Part shown: piece by piece, positions 55,105 to 64,000 of the stretch
Position numbering within the stretch: the first letter of the stretch is position 1
Layout of the letters: the number at the start of each line of letters is the position of its first letter
Assembly (NCBI GenBank): GCA_963822445.1
Contig: CAWGHO010000001.1
Span: 288,001-352,000 of the forward strand
Origin: an uncultured Acidobacteriota bacterium
Lineage (GTDB): Bacteria > Acidobacteriota > Thermoanaerobaculia > Gp7-AA8
Length of the DNA: 64,000 nt
Direction: 5' to 3'
Translations under genes and position numbers: made by a program
The notes under the pieces: generated by a model
Told to the model about the DNA's origin: nothing
Seen by the model: only the letters and a program-made list of their open reading frames with translations
The model's database searches: none

Positions 55105-56703
55105 ATGGGTTATCGCCTTGCGCTCCTGCTTCTCCTTGCCACCTCTCTCTTTGCGCAGCCGAAAGAACCGGCGTACGCACCGGATCGCGCGCCGGACGAA
55201 GGCGAAGGGCCGTTCAAGCGGCTGATCATCCGCGGCGCGACCGTGATCGACGGCACCGGCGCGCCGCCGATCGGTCCGGTGGACGTCGTCATCGAAGGCA
55301 ACCGCATCACCGAAGTCCGCAGCGTCGGCTTTCCGAAAGTCGCCATCGACCCGAGAACCGCCGGCCGAAGGACGCCGACCATGAGATCGACGGCTCGAAG
55401 ATGTACGTGCTGCCGGGATTCGTCGACATGCACGCGCACATCGGCGGCGCGGCGCAGGGCACGACGCGCCGAGTACGTCTTCAAGCTCTGGATGGCCCAC
55501 GGCGTCACCACCATCCGCGATCCCGGCTCGGGCAACGGCGTCGAGTGGACGATGCACGAGCGCGAGCGCAGCGCGAAGAACGAGATCGTCGCGCCGCGCA
55601 TCGTGGCCGTACATCGTTCACCCGGCGCGCGACTGGGACGGCGGCGCGATCAACTCGCCCGAGGCGGCGCGGAAGTTCGTGCAGCTCGCGGCGAAGAAGG
55701 GAGGCGCGGGGCTCAAGATCATCGGCGCCGGCGACCTCGATCTACGACCCCGAGATCCTCGGCGCGCTGCTCGACGAGGCGAAGAAGCGCGGCCTCGGGC
55801 GACGACCACGCATCTGGCGCAGATGGGCGTGGCCCGCATGCAACGTCCTGCAGGCCGCGCGGCTCGGGACTGCGGCGGCATGGAGCACTGGTACGGACTG
55901 CCCGAGGCGCTCTTCGCCGATCGCACCATCCAGGACTATCCCGCCCGACTACAACTACAACGACGAGCAGCATCGCTTCGGCAAGGCCGGCCGTCTCTGG
56001 CAGCAGGCCGCGCCGCCGGGCAGCGCGAAGTGGAACGAGGTCATGGACGAGCTCCTCGAGCTCGGCTTCACCATCGATCCCACGCTCACCATCTACGAGG
56101 CCAGCCGCGATCTGATGCGCGCCATGCGCGCCGAATGGCACGACAAGTACACGCTGCCTTCGCTCTGGCAGTTCTACCAGCCGAGCCGCGCAGGCCCACG
56201 GCTCGTACTGGTTCAACTGGACGACGTCCGACGAGATCGAGTGGAAGAGCAACTACCGGCTCTGGATGGCGTTCCTCAACGAGTACAAGAATCGCGGCGG
56301 GCGAGTCACCACCGGCTCGGATAGCGGCTTCATCTACAAGCTCTACGGCTTCGACTACATCCGCGAGCTGGAGCTGCTGCAGGAGGCGGGCTTCCATCCG
56401 CTCGAAGTGATTCGCGCGGCGACGTTCAACGGCGCCGAGGCGTTGACCGCGCCGAAGGGCAAAACGCCCTGACTTCGGCTACGGTCCGGCCCGGCATGCT
56501 GGCCGATCTCGTTCTCGTCGACGAGAATCCAATTGCCAATCTGAAAGTTCTGTACGGGACCGGAGCGATCCGGGTCAACGATGAAACCGGGAAAGTGGAG
56601 CGCGTGGGCGGGGTCGAATACGTCGATCAAAGACGGCATCGTCTACGACGCTAAGAGGTTGCTAGCCGATGTCGAGAAAATGGTCGCTGCTGCTAAAAAA
56701 TAG
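55105..56703 (+). pseudogene. Exported amidohydrolase, multiply frameshifted (probably sequencing errors)
   Basis: IRGATVIDGTG, LPGFVDMHAH, GVTTIRD, GSDSGFIY, GMLADLVLVDENP and KDGIVYD found in different frames. Confidence 0.8.
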
Positions 56704-58861
56704 CCTTCCGGCGATTTTCTTCGCCTTGATCGCCGCCGCGTTGGCGCCGGTCTTCGCCTCCGGCCAGTTCGTGTCCGGAACGGAGTATCCGGTCGCGACC
56801 CCGGTCGCGGAAACGCAATCGCGCGCCGGGAACGTCGACGTCGCCAGCGACGGCCTTACCGCGCTCGCGGTCTGGACCGATCGCCGCACCGATCGCGGCT
56901 CCGAGATCATCGTCGCGCGCATCGACCGCCTTGGCCGCGTCCTCGATCCGAACGGCATCGTCCTCACGTCGACGCTGGAATCGGAAGCCAATCCGTTCGT
57001 CATTTACGACGGCTCCCATTTCGTCGTCGTCTGGGGCGACGGGACGAACACCTGGGCCGCGAAGGTCACCGATCGCGGAGTGATCAGCTCCGACCCGACC
57101 ATCCTCGCGCCGGGACGTCCGACCGGTCTCGCTCTCAACGTGCGCATCCTCGCCGTCGCGATCACAGACGCGCAGGGCACCGACATCTACGAGATCCGCG
57201 CCGACCTGACCGTCCGCGAGCTCGAAAGTCTCCGGGCCGTGCCGGACGTTCAGCTCACAGCGTACGGATTCGGTTTCCTGGCGGTGTACGTCGAGACGCC
57301 GTTCAACCCCATCGGCCTTTACACGGTCAGCGCACTGCCCATCGACCGGCGCGGCGCGATCGGGAACGGCGAGACCGTCACCCAGCTCGGGACGTTCGAG
57401 TTCAGGCCCACCGTAGCCGTGGCGACCTCGGGGGATGACGCCGTCATCGCCGCGGGTCGGGAAGATCACATGGCCGTGGTGCGCAGGCATACCGACGGCT
57501 CGACCACGCTCGTTCATCGCGACGACACTTTGACGCCGCGCGTGATCTACGACGTCGTCGGCCGCAACAACAGCTTCGATGTTCTGGCCAGCGTCGGCAA
57601 CCGCGCGGTGGTCTATCACTACGCCTCCGGAACCGTCGAGGATTTCGAGGCGGTGACCGGTGCGCCGGGTGATGGAGCCGGCACGGTCCACAACGCGCGC
57701 GTCTACACGGTCTGGCAGGTCGCCGGCCAGATCGTCGGCCGCTTCGCGTTCTCCGAGCCGGACGAGCCGGCGATCTTTCTTTCCCGCGCCGTGCCGAATC
57801 AACAGCTGCCCGTCCTGGCGACGAGCGGTTCGTCGTCGATCGCTGTCTGGACGGAGGACCTCACCGAGACCCGCGACCGGATCATGGCGCGGATCATCAA
57901 CGACGACGGAGCACCCGACCCGACGCTCAGTCCGGTCGTCGTTGGAACCCGAACCATTCACGTCCCCGGCTCGCGACCCGCGGTCGGATTCAACGGCACG
58001 CACTACTTCGTGACCTGGCTCGATCAGCGCAACGACGCGACGCGTCCAGCGGTCCTGGTCATGCGCCACGTCACCACGCGCGGGGTCGTGGCTGGTGCGA
58101 CCGAAATCTCAGCGACGGCCATCCCCTCCTCGCCTCCGGCCATCGCCGGCGGACCGGGGAACGCGCTCCTCCTGTTCACCGAGTCGATCAACAATCCCCA
58201 GCTGCGCGGCGTGTTCGTCAACGAACCGGACGTCGAGCTCGACATCCCGGGCATCACCAACAACCCCGCCGCGGTCTACGGCGACGGCTCGTATCTCGTC
58301 GTTGGCGGAACGGCCGGCGGCAGCATTCGGGGCGTGCTCGTGTCGCGCACCGGCAACTTCGAGCGCACGGTGTTCGAGACCGTACCGCCATTCGGCGTTA
58401 CTGATTCCAAGGCGTCCATCGCGTGGAGCGGCAACAGCTATCTGGTCGTGTTCCGCCGCGGCACGTCGATCTACGGCCGTTTCCTGGCGCGCAGCGGTGA
58501 CGCGGTCGGCCCCGACTTCCCGATCACGCACGACACGATTGCGGACAACCCGCGCGTTGCATTCGACGGCGGCGCGTACGTCGTCGCCTGGAGCGTGAAA
58601 ACGACAGATGACGCGAACGCGGAAGGCGACATCTTCGCGGCGCGCGTGCTGCCCACCGCCGATGTGCTGTTGCCGCAGCTCATTGCCACGGGCGCGCGCA
58701 ACGAGGACTACCCGGCCCTGGTCGGTCTCGGCGCCAGCAGATCGCTCATCGGCTATCAGCGGATGACCGAGGAGCTGCAGAACGTGCATCGCGTCTACAC
58801 GCGTGTGCTGATCGCCCCTCCGCCGTCACCGACGCCGATGAAGCGCCGCGCCGTCCGGTAA
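56669..58861 (+). CDS. Secreted beta-repeat (AWDGxxYLVVW) protein with C-terminal KRRAVR tail
   Basis: Signal peptide; PFVIYDGSHFVVVW, ASIAWSGNSYLVVF, PRVAFDGGAYVVAW; ends PPPSPTPMKRRAVR; start uncertain. Confidence 0.8.
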   Translation: MSRKWSLLLKNSLPAIFFALIAAALAPVFASGQFVSGTEYPVATPVAETQSRAGNVDVASDGLTALAVWTDRRTDRGSEIIVARIDRLGRVLDPNGIVLTSTLESEANPFVIYDGSHFVVVWGDGTNTWAAKVTDRGVISSDPTILAPGRPTGLALNVRILAVAITDAQGTDIYEIRADLTVRELESLRAVPDVQLTAYGFGFLAVYVETPFNPIGLYTVSALPIDRRGAIGNGETVTQLGTFEFRPTVAVATSGDDAVIAAGREDHMAVVRRHTDGSTTLVHRDDTLTPRVIYDVVGRNNSFDVLASVGNRAVVYHYASGTVEDFEAVTGAPGDGAGTVHNARVYTVWQVAGQIVGRFAFSEPDEPAIFLSRAVPNQQLPVLATSGSSSIAVWTEDLTETRDRIMARIINDDGAPDPTLSPVVVGTRTIHVPGSRPAVGFNGTHYFVTWLDQRNDATRPAVLVMRHVTTRGVVAGATEISATAIPSSPPAIAGGPGNALLLFTESINNPQLRGVFVNEPDVELDIPGITNNPAAVYGDGSYLVVGGTAGGSIRGVLVSRTGNFERTVFETVPPFGVTDSKASIAWSGNSYLVVFRRGTSIYGRFLARSGDAVGPDFPITHDTIADNPRVAFDGGAYVVAWSVKTTDDANAEGDIFAARVLPTADVLLPQLIATGARNEDYPALVGLGASRSLIGYQRMTEELQNVHRVYTRVLIAPPPSPTPMKRRAVR

Positions 58862-59626
58862 CTACGAAAGCGCGCGGGTCCTGCAGCGATCGATCAATCG
58901 CCGCAGCCCGCCGCCTTCGCCGAGGGCGTCGCGCGCTTTCAGCAGTTCGGTGAGCATGTCCGGCGAGGTGATCTCGTCGACCGCTTCCTCGATCTCGGCG
59001 TCCTTCGATCCTTCGACCGCGGTGGCGATGTACGGAATCGCACGAGCATCGCGCCGCCGCGCCAGTCCGAGGGCCGCTTCATTCGCGACGCAGGCATCGT
59101 CGTCGCGCAGACGCTCGGCCAGTGCGGCGCGAATGCGCGGCGAGTCGTGATCGGAAAGACTGCCCACCGCAAAGGTTGCCCGGTCGCGCACCGACGTATC
59201 GCCATCGCGCATCAGGCTCAGTAACACGCGCTCCGCGCGCTCATCGCCGATCAGGTCCTCGAGCGCCGTGGCCACCGCCCAGCGCACGTTCGACGCATCG
59301 TGAGCCGCGAGCAGCGTGAGGGAGTCGATCGTTCGCGCATCCTGCTGCTGTCCGAGCGCGTGCACTACCGATTCGAGCACCGACGCGTCGGCATCGCCGA
59401 GCATCGCGTTGAGAATCTGCAGACCTTCGTCGGCGTATGCATTGAGCTGCCCGAGAATGTCCGCGCCGGCGATGCGATCGGCGGGATTCGCGCTGCGGCA
59501 GAGTTGCACGCCGCGCTCGAAAACTTCGCGCGTACCGAGGGCATGCAACTCGCGGATTGCAGTCCACCGCGCATCGTCATCCTGTTCCTGAACGACGACA
59601 CCGAACAGTTCATCGACGGAACGCAC
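58862..59626 (-). CDS. HEAT-repeat protein
   Basis: Repeats such as DASNVRWAVATAL, DTSVRDRATFAVG, EAALGLARR. Confidence 0.85.
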   Translation of the reverse strand: MRSVDELFGVVVQEQDDDARWTAIRELHALGTREVFERGVQLCRSANPADRIAGADILGQLNAYADEGLQILNAMLGDADASVLESVVHALGQQQDARTIDSLTLLAAHDASNVRWAVATALEDLIGDERAERVLLSLMRDGDTSVRDRATFAVGSLSDHDSPRIRAALAERLRDDDACVANEAALGLARRRDARAIPYIATAVEGSKDAEIEEAVDEITSPDMLTELLKARDALGEGGGLRRLIDRCRTRALS

Positions 59627-59651
59627 GCAGCGATGCTACCTTACGTCCGGC

Positions 59652-60071
59652 ATGCGATCACCCCTGATTCTCGTGACACTTCTTCTGACCGCTTGCGGCA
59701 ACCTGGAGACAGTCACCGGACCGGGCGGCGGCGGCGATCCGATCGATCCGAGCGCAACATTCACCCGCGTTCAGAACGAGATCTTCACGCCGACCTGCGC
59801 GAGCATCGGCTGTCACGATCCCCTCGGCCAGCAATCGCAGATGGTGCTCAGTGCGGGCCGCGCGTACGCGAGCACGGTCAACGTCGCGAGCGTGGAAATG
59901 CCGTCGCTCATGCGCGTTAAGCCGGACGATCCCTCCAACTCGTACCTCTATCGCAAGATCACCGGCGCCGGCATCACCGGCGATCGGATGCCGCTAAGCC
60001 TGCCGCCGCTCAACGACGCGCAGACGCGGTTGATACGGGATTGGATTCGCAGAGGTGCGCCGAATGATTAG
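59652..60071 (+). CDS. Lipoprotein, putative monoheme cytochrome c (CX4CH)
   Basis: Lipobox LTAC; CASIGCH; PSNSYLY; RMP distal Met; WIRRGA ending. Confidence 0.75.
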   Translation: MRSPLILVTLLLTACGNLETVTGPGGGGDPIDPSATFTRVQNEIFTPTCASIGCHDPLGQQSQMVLSAGRAYASTVNVASVEMPSLMRVKPDDPSNSYLYRKITGAGITGDRMPLSLPPLNDAQTRLIRDWIRRGAPND

Positions 60072-60984
60072 AAAAGAGAATGCAGAACGCAGAATGCAGA
60101 ATGCAGAACCGGCATCTGCGTGGCTGCCACGTCTCCTCCTACTTTCTGCATTCTGCATTCTGCATTCTGCATTCGCCTTAGCGCAGGACGATCCCTACCG
60201 CCCCCTCGGCAAGCTCCCCCTGGGCGATACGCTGCTCAGCCTCCCCAGCCCGCAGATCCCGACGCAGGGAACGTGGGAAGTGAAGTTCACCCATCGCTTC
60301 AATCAGTCGCTGACCGACGGCAGTCTTCGCGATCAGTGGCATTCGCTGTTCGGTCTTGATTCGAATGCGGACGTCGTGTTCGGCGCGTCTTGGGCTTTGC
60401 GACGCGACCTGCAGTTCTCGCTTTCGCGCAGCAACACCAACGACACCGTCGAAGGCGCTTTGAAGTTCGTCGTTCTGCAACAGGCTGCCGCGGTCCCCGC
60501 TTCGGTCACGCTGCGCGGCGGCGTGGACTGGCGGACCGAGCGCGATCTCGAGGACCGCACGTCGTTCTTCGCGCAGGCCATCGTCTCGCGCCAGTTCGGG
60601 ACGAAAGCGGAAGTGTTCCTGCTGCCGACGTTCGTCACCAAGGCCGGACGCGCCCTCACCGGCGATACCTCGGGCGCGCTGTTCGAGAACGCCTTCAACG
60701 TTCCCATCGCCTTCGCCTACCGGATCAAACCGCCGCTGAGCCTGATCGTGGAGCTCGTTCCGCCCAACAAAGACCTCCCCGACGAGATCGACGCCGATTT
60801 CGGCTGGGCCCTCGGGATCAAACGCGCCATCGGCGGCCACTGGTTCGAGGTCCTGCTCACGAACAACCAGAGCACCCTTACGGATCAGTACGTTACGAGC
60901 ACCTTCCAGGGCTCGGGCCTGAATCTCGACGACGTGAAGCTCGGATTCAACATCGAGAGGCGTTTCGGCCGCCGGAGACGCTGA
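60064..60984 (+). CDS. DUF5777-like outer-membrane beta-barrel protein
   Basis: HRF, FGLD, GGHWFEVLLTN, LGFNIERRF. Confidence 0.75.
   Translation: MIRKENAERRMQNAEPASAWLPRLLLLSAFCILHSAFALAQDDPYRPLGKLPLGDTLLSLPSPQIPTQGTWEVKFTHRFNQSLTDGSLRDQWHSLFGLDSNADVVFGASWALRRDLQFSLSRSNTNDTVEGALKFVVLQQAAAVPASVTLRGGVDWRTERDLEDRTSFFAQAIVSRQFGTKAEVFLLPTFVTKAGRALTGDTSGALFENAFNVPIAFAYRIKPPLSLIVELVPPNKDLPDEIDADFGWALGIKRAIGGHWFEVLLTNNQSTLTDQYVTSTFQGSGLNLDDVKLGFNIERRFGRRRR
60078..60174. repeat. Inverted tandem-heptamer hairpin (GAATGCA units) inside the signal-peptide coding region
   Basis: (GAATGCA)x4 ... (TTCTGCA)x4, translated as NAERRMQNAE and SAFCILHSAF. Confidence 0.85.
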
Positions 60985-61101
60985 AACAGTAGGCAGTACG
61001 CCGGGCCAGGGCCCGGCTCGCAGTAGGCGGTAGGCAGGAGGCCGCCACCCGCCCCCGTCTTTCTCCCCTGCCTGCTGCCTACTGCCTACCGCCTACTGTT
61101 T
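60984..61101. repeat. Inverted tandem-heptamer hairpin (CAGTAGG/CGGTAGG units)
   Basis: aaacagtaggcagtacg..cagtaggcggtaggcagg ... cctgcctgctgcctactgcctaccgcctactgttt. Confidence 0.8.
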
Positions 61102-61135
61102 TCATGGCATCTGCCTCGCACTTATTCGGCCCGTC

Positions 61136-62146
61136 ATGCGATGCCCGGAATGCAATTCACTGAATGAGGCGGACAGCGCGGCCTGCGGGAGTTGCGGGCT
61201 GCTGATGATCAATGCCGCGCCAAAGCGGCGCTCGGAAGATCTTGCCGTCAAGAAGCGCCGGGCCAGCGATCTGGACAACGCCACCTGCCGTTTCTGCACG
61301 GGCGCCATCCCCTCGAACGCAATTCGCTGCAAACATTGCTCGGAAGTCGTCGACGAGGACTTTTACCGCGAGCGGGCCCAGCGCCTCCGCTCCCGCATGA
61401 ACTACGCGAGCTGGGTCATGTACCTGTTCGGTCTCGGCGCGTTGCTCGTGTTCCGTCCGGTGGGGGTGCTGTCGATCGCCGCGGGCCTGCTCCTCTCGAT
61501 CGCCTACTACGCGATCCCGGTCGAGCCACCGAGCTCGCCGCGGTCGAAGAAAAGAACGGGGCTCGGGACGCTCATCCGCAGGCAGTTGAAGATGGAGCGC
61601 GTCTCCATCCCCATCCCGGCGCTCCGGAACATGAAGCTCGTGTTCGTCGGCACGCCCCTCGTGGCGGCGCTGATCGGTTACTCGGCGAACCTCTTCCTGC
61701 TGCAGGAACCGGTCAACGACATCCTTCGCGAGAACAGCGCGTTTCACGGGATGGAAGTCTCCGCGCACTATCAGTACTACGTCATTCCCGGCGTCGTCGT
61801 GTACGACCTCAAGGGACTCAGCTTTCGCCAGACCCCGATCGACGTGCACACGGCCTTCCTCGAGTTCGCGGGCAAGATGAAAGAGAAGCGCTACTCGCGC
61901 GTCGATCTCTCGTACAAGGGCGCGACCAAGTTCACCGTCGACGGCGCGTCGTTCATGAAGATCGGCAACGAGTACGCGAAGAAGAACTTCGACTACGTGC
62001 TCTACACCGTGCCCCGTCTCCTGAAACCGGCCGGCGACACGCCGGCGATCGGCGACGAATCGACCGACCGCGACGCGCTGCTGCAGTTCCATCGCAAGTG
62101 GTACGGCGAGGACAAGCTCACCGGGACCGTGCAGAACGGGCTCTGA
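61136..62146 (+). CDS. Double zinc-ribbon membrane protein
   Basis: CPEC, CGSC, CRFC, CKHC; 3 TMs; soluble C-terminal domain. Confidence 0.75.
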   Translation: MRCPECNSLNEADSAACGSCGLLMINAAPKRRSEDLAVKKRRASDLDNATCRFCTGAIPSNAIRCKHCSEVVDEDFYRERAQRLRSRMNYASWVMYLFGLGALLVFRPVGVLSIAAGLLLSIAYYAIPVEPPSSPRSKKRTGLGTLIRRQLKMERVSIPIPALRNMKLVFVGTPLVAALIGYSANLFLLQEPVNDILRENSAFHGMEVSAHYQYYVIPGVVVYDLKGLSFRQTPIDVHTAFLEFAGKMKEKRYSRVDLSYKGATKFTVDGASFMKIGNEYAKKNFDYVLYTVPRLLKPAGDTPAIGDESTDRDALLQFHRKWYGEDKLTGTVQNGL

Positions 62147-64000
62147 ACGAGAGCATCCGGACGAAGATCTCCCCTTCCCGCTCGTAGGTGATCTGCGCCC
62201 GCGATCCTGAAACGGCCAGGGAGCGATCGGGGATCAGTTCCAGGGAGCGGCCGTCCCCCGGTAGCGTCGTGATCTGCGTCGCCGATCCGGCTCCATCCAC
62301 ACGCAGGACGTCGTTGCCGCCGACGACGAAAAACTCGGTCCCGCGCGCGGCAACCGCGGGGAGACCGAAGAACGGCAACTCCTCGCGCAGCAGAGGCTCG
62401 GCGACGATCGCACCGCTGCGATCGAGCAGGATTCCGCTGAGTCCGGGACCGTCTCGCTGGACGATGAGCGTCGACGCCGTGCCCACGGCGATATCGCGGC
62501 TGGGTTGACAGCGTCCGACAGGGTTCGCACGGACTCGATCGGAGCGAGCGTGCGGGAGAGACGCTGCAGGCGCACTCCGACGTTCCGTTGCAGCCGCTGC
62601 CAGATGACGAGGTACTCGCTGCCGTCCCAGGCGATCGAGGGAGCCATCCAGAACGTGAGCCACGGTCCGGGAACCGCCTCGCTCGTGACTTCTCGCGGCC
62701 GATCGACGACCTTTCCCGTCGCATCCAGCCGCATCGCGTGAAGCGCTGTCTTTCCGGAGTCGGAGCTGGTCCAGACCAGGACGAAGTCCGTCCCGTCTGA
62801 GGCCGCGGCAAAGGAATACACCCGCGCCTCGATCTTCGTGCGGGCGAGCACAGTGCCGTCCGCGTCGATGACGGCCGCCACGAGGTACGACCCGCAGAAC
62901 ATCGATTCATCGCTCTCGGCAAAGACGATCAATGCGCGGTCACCCGCCGTCGCGATAGCCGGTGCCGCCCTCACCACGCGATCGGACAACTCGGTGACCT
63001 TCTCGCCGGCACGCGCGCGTGCACGGAGAATGTCGGTGCGGTCGAGCCAGACCGTGGCGAACGTATCCCCCACGGCTACTGTCTGCGCGCCGAAGCGCAC
63101 CGGATTGCCGATCGAAGCGAGCACCGGTTCGCGGCCGGGAAGCATGGCCACGAGTTTCTCGGCTGTGTAACAGGGCGTCCGCACACGCCAGGCGATCAAC
63201 GAGCCCGAAATCTCGGGATCGACGTGATGCTCAGGGCCTGAAGCCAGCACTCTGCGATCGGTGATCTCACCCCCGCGGCTGATGTCGACGCGCTGAAGGT
63301 TCCCGTTTTTCTCGAACGCGACCGCGTAGTGCAGTCCGTCCCAGCCGGCGGCGTGCCCGAAGTTCCCGGCACCCGTCGGATCGATCGTCAACGGCTCGCC
63401 GAGAAGCTGTCCGTCGAAGGTCAGTCTCTGCCCTTTGATTTCGGAGAACGACGTCCAGGTCAGCAGAAAGCGGCGGCCGTCGCTGGCGATCGCCGGCCAG
63501 CTCCCGTCTTTCGAGATGAGGATCGCATCGGACAGAAAGTTGCCGTCGCGCGCGACGGCTCGCGCGAACAACCTGCGATCCTCCAGCCACGCGAGGAGAA
63601 ACGAGTCCTCCCCCGCCGCAACCGCCGGGAACGAGATCGCGGGGAAATCGCTCGCCGCCAGGAAGCGACGGACCAGGAATCCGTCGTCGTCGAAGAGAAG
63701 CACCTCCGCTTCATGCTCGGCGAACATCAGCACGCGATTCCCGCTGGCGGCCATCGGCGCACGAGTAAAGACGAGATCCAATGGCGGACGAGGAGAGCCG
63801 ACCGTTCCGTCGGCATGCACGCGAACGATGGAGCGCCGGACGTACTCCTCCACGACCACCAGCAAATCCTCGCCGACGGCCGTCACCGAGTCCGCGGGGC
63901 CAGGCAACGTGGCGAACGGCCGCACGCCGTCCTCAGTCACCTCCCGAATGTGCTCGCCGATGATCACGAAGCGCCGCGATGCGGTTTCGACGGCCAGAAA
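62118..64000 (-). CDS. Beta-repeat (AWDGxxYLVVW) protein, 5' end beyond window, one frameshift near 62500
   Basis: PAIASDGRRFLLTW, PSIAWDGSEYLVIW; protein-like sequence continues in the 62118..62663 frame and ends FRARSARSR. Confidence 0.7.

Noticed and set aside
52999-56703. Programmed frameshifting or phase variation
   Set aside because: Too many shifts, and no slippery or long homopolymer tracts were noticed at the breakpoints.
60964-60984. FGRRRR end of the beta-barrel as another RRxVR tag
   Set aside because: Lacks the Pro linker and the Ala/Ser-Val positions; likely just a basic tail.

Overview
High-GC (roughly 65-68% by eye) bacterial chromosomal window with about 58 genes. Gene content (EF-P with a TPGNLR loop, split nuo genes, an IPTL-CTERM protein, secreted repeat proteins with RRxVR tails) suggests Acidobacteriota, possibly Thermoanaerobaculia; this is inference. 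It contains the end of a beta-glucan locus (GH144-like, discoidin/(alpha/alpha)6 hydrolase, GH94), efp, a six-CHRD surface protein, a FabF/KS-alpha-like gene with nearby methyltransferase and FAD oxidoreductase, a radical SAM/2OG/methyltransferase/GT4 cluster, nuoB-nuoCD-nuoI, a cysteine desulfurase, def, and a ZnuD-like TonB receptor preceded by a RAPP-motif leader peptide. There is one complete IS110-family (IS1111-type) element whose downstream non-coding region contains bridge/seekRNA-like guides matching its own flanks. The main unexplained signals are: (1) secreted PxxAWDGxxYLVVW-repeat proteins ending in a short basic RRxVR tail with no membrane anchor (candidate sorting signal); (2) six hairpin elements built from different 7-8 nt tandem units, two of them inside genes; (3) an unannotated rod-shaped 6S-like RNA candidate. 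The 53-56.7 kb region is dense in frameshifts, probably sequencing error. No rRNA, tRNA or CRISPR array was seen. All family assignments come from motif recognition by eye, not database searches.
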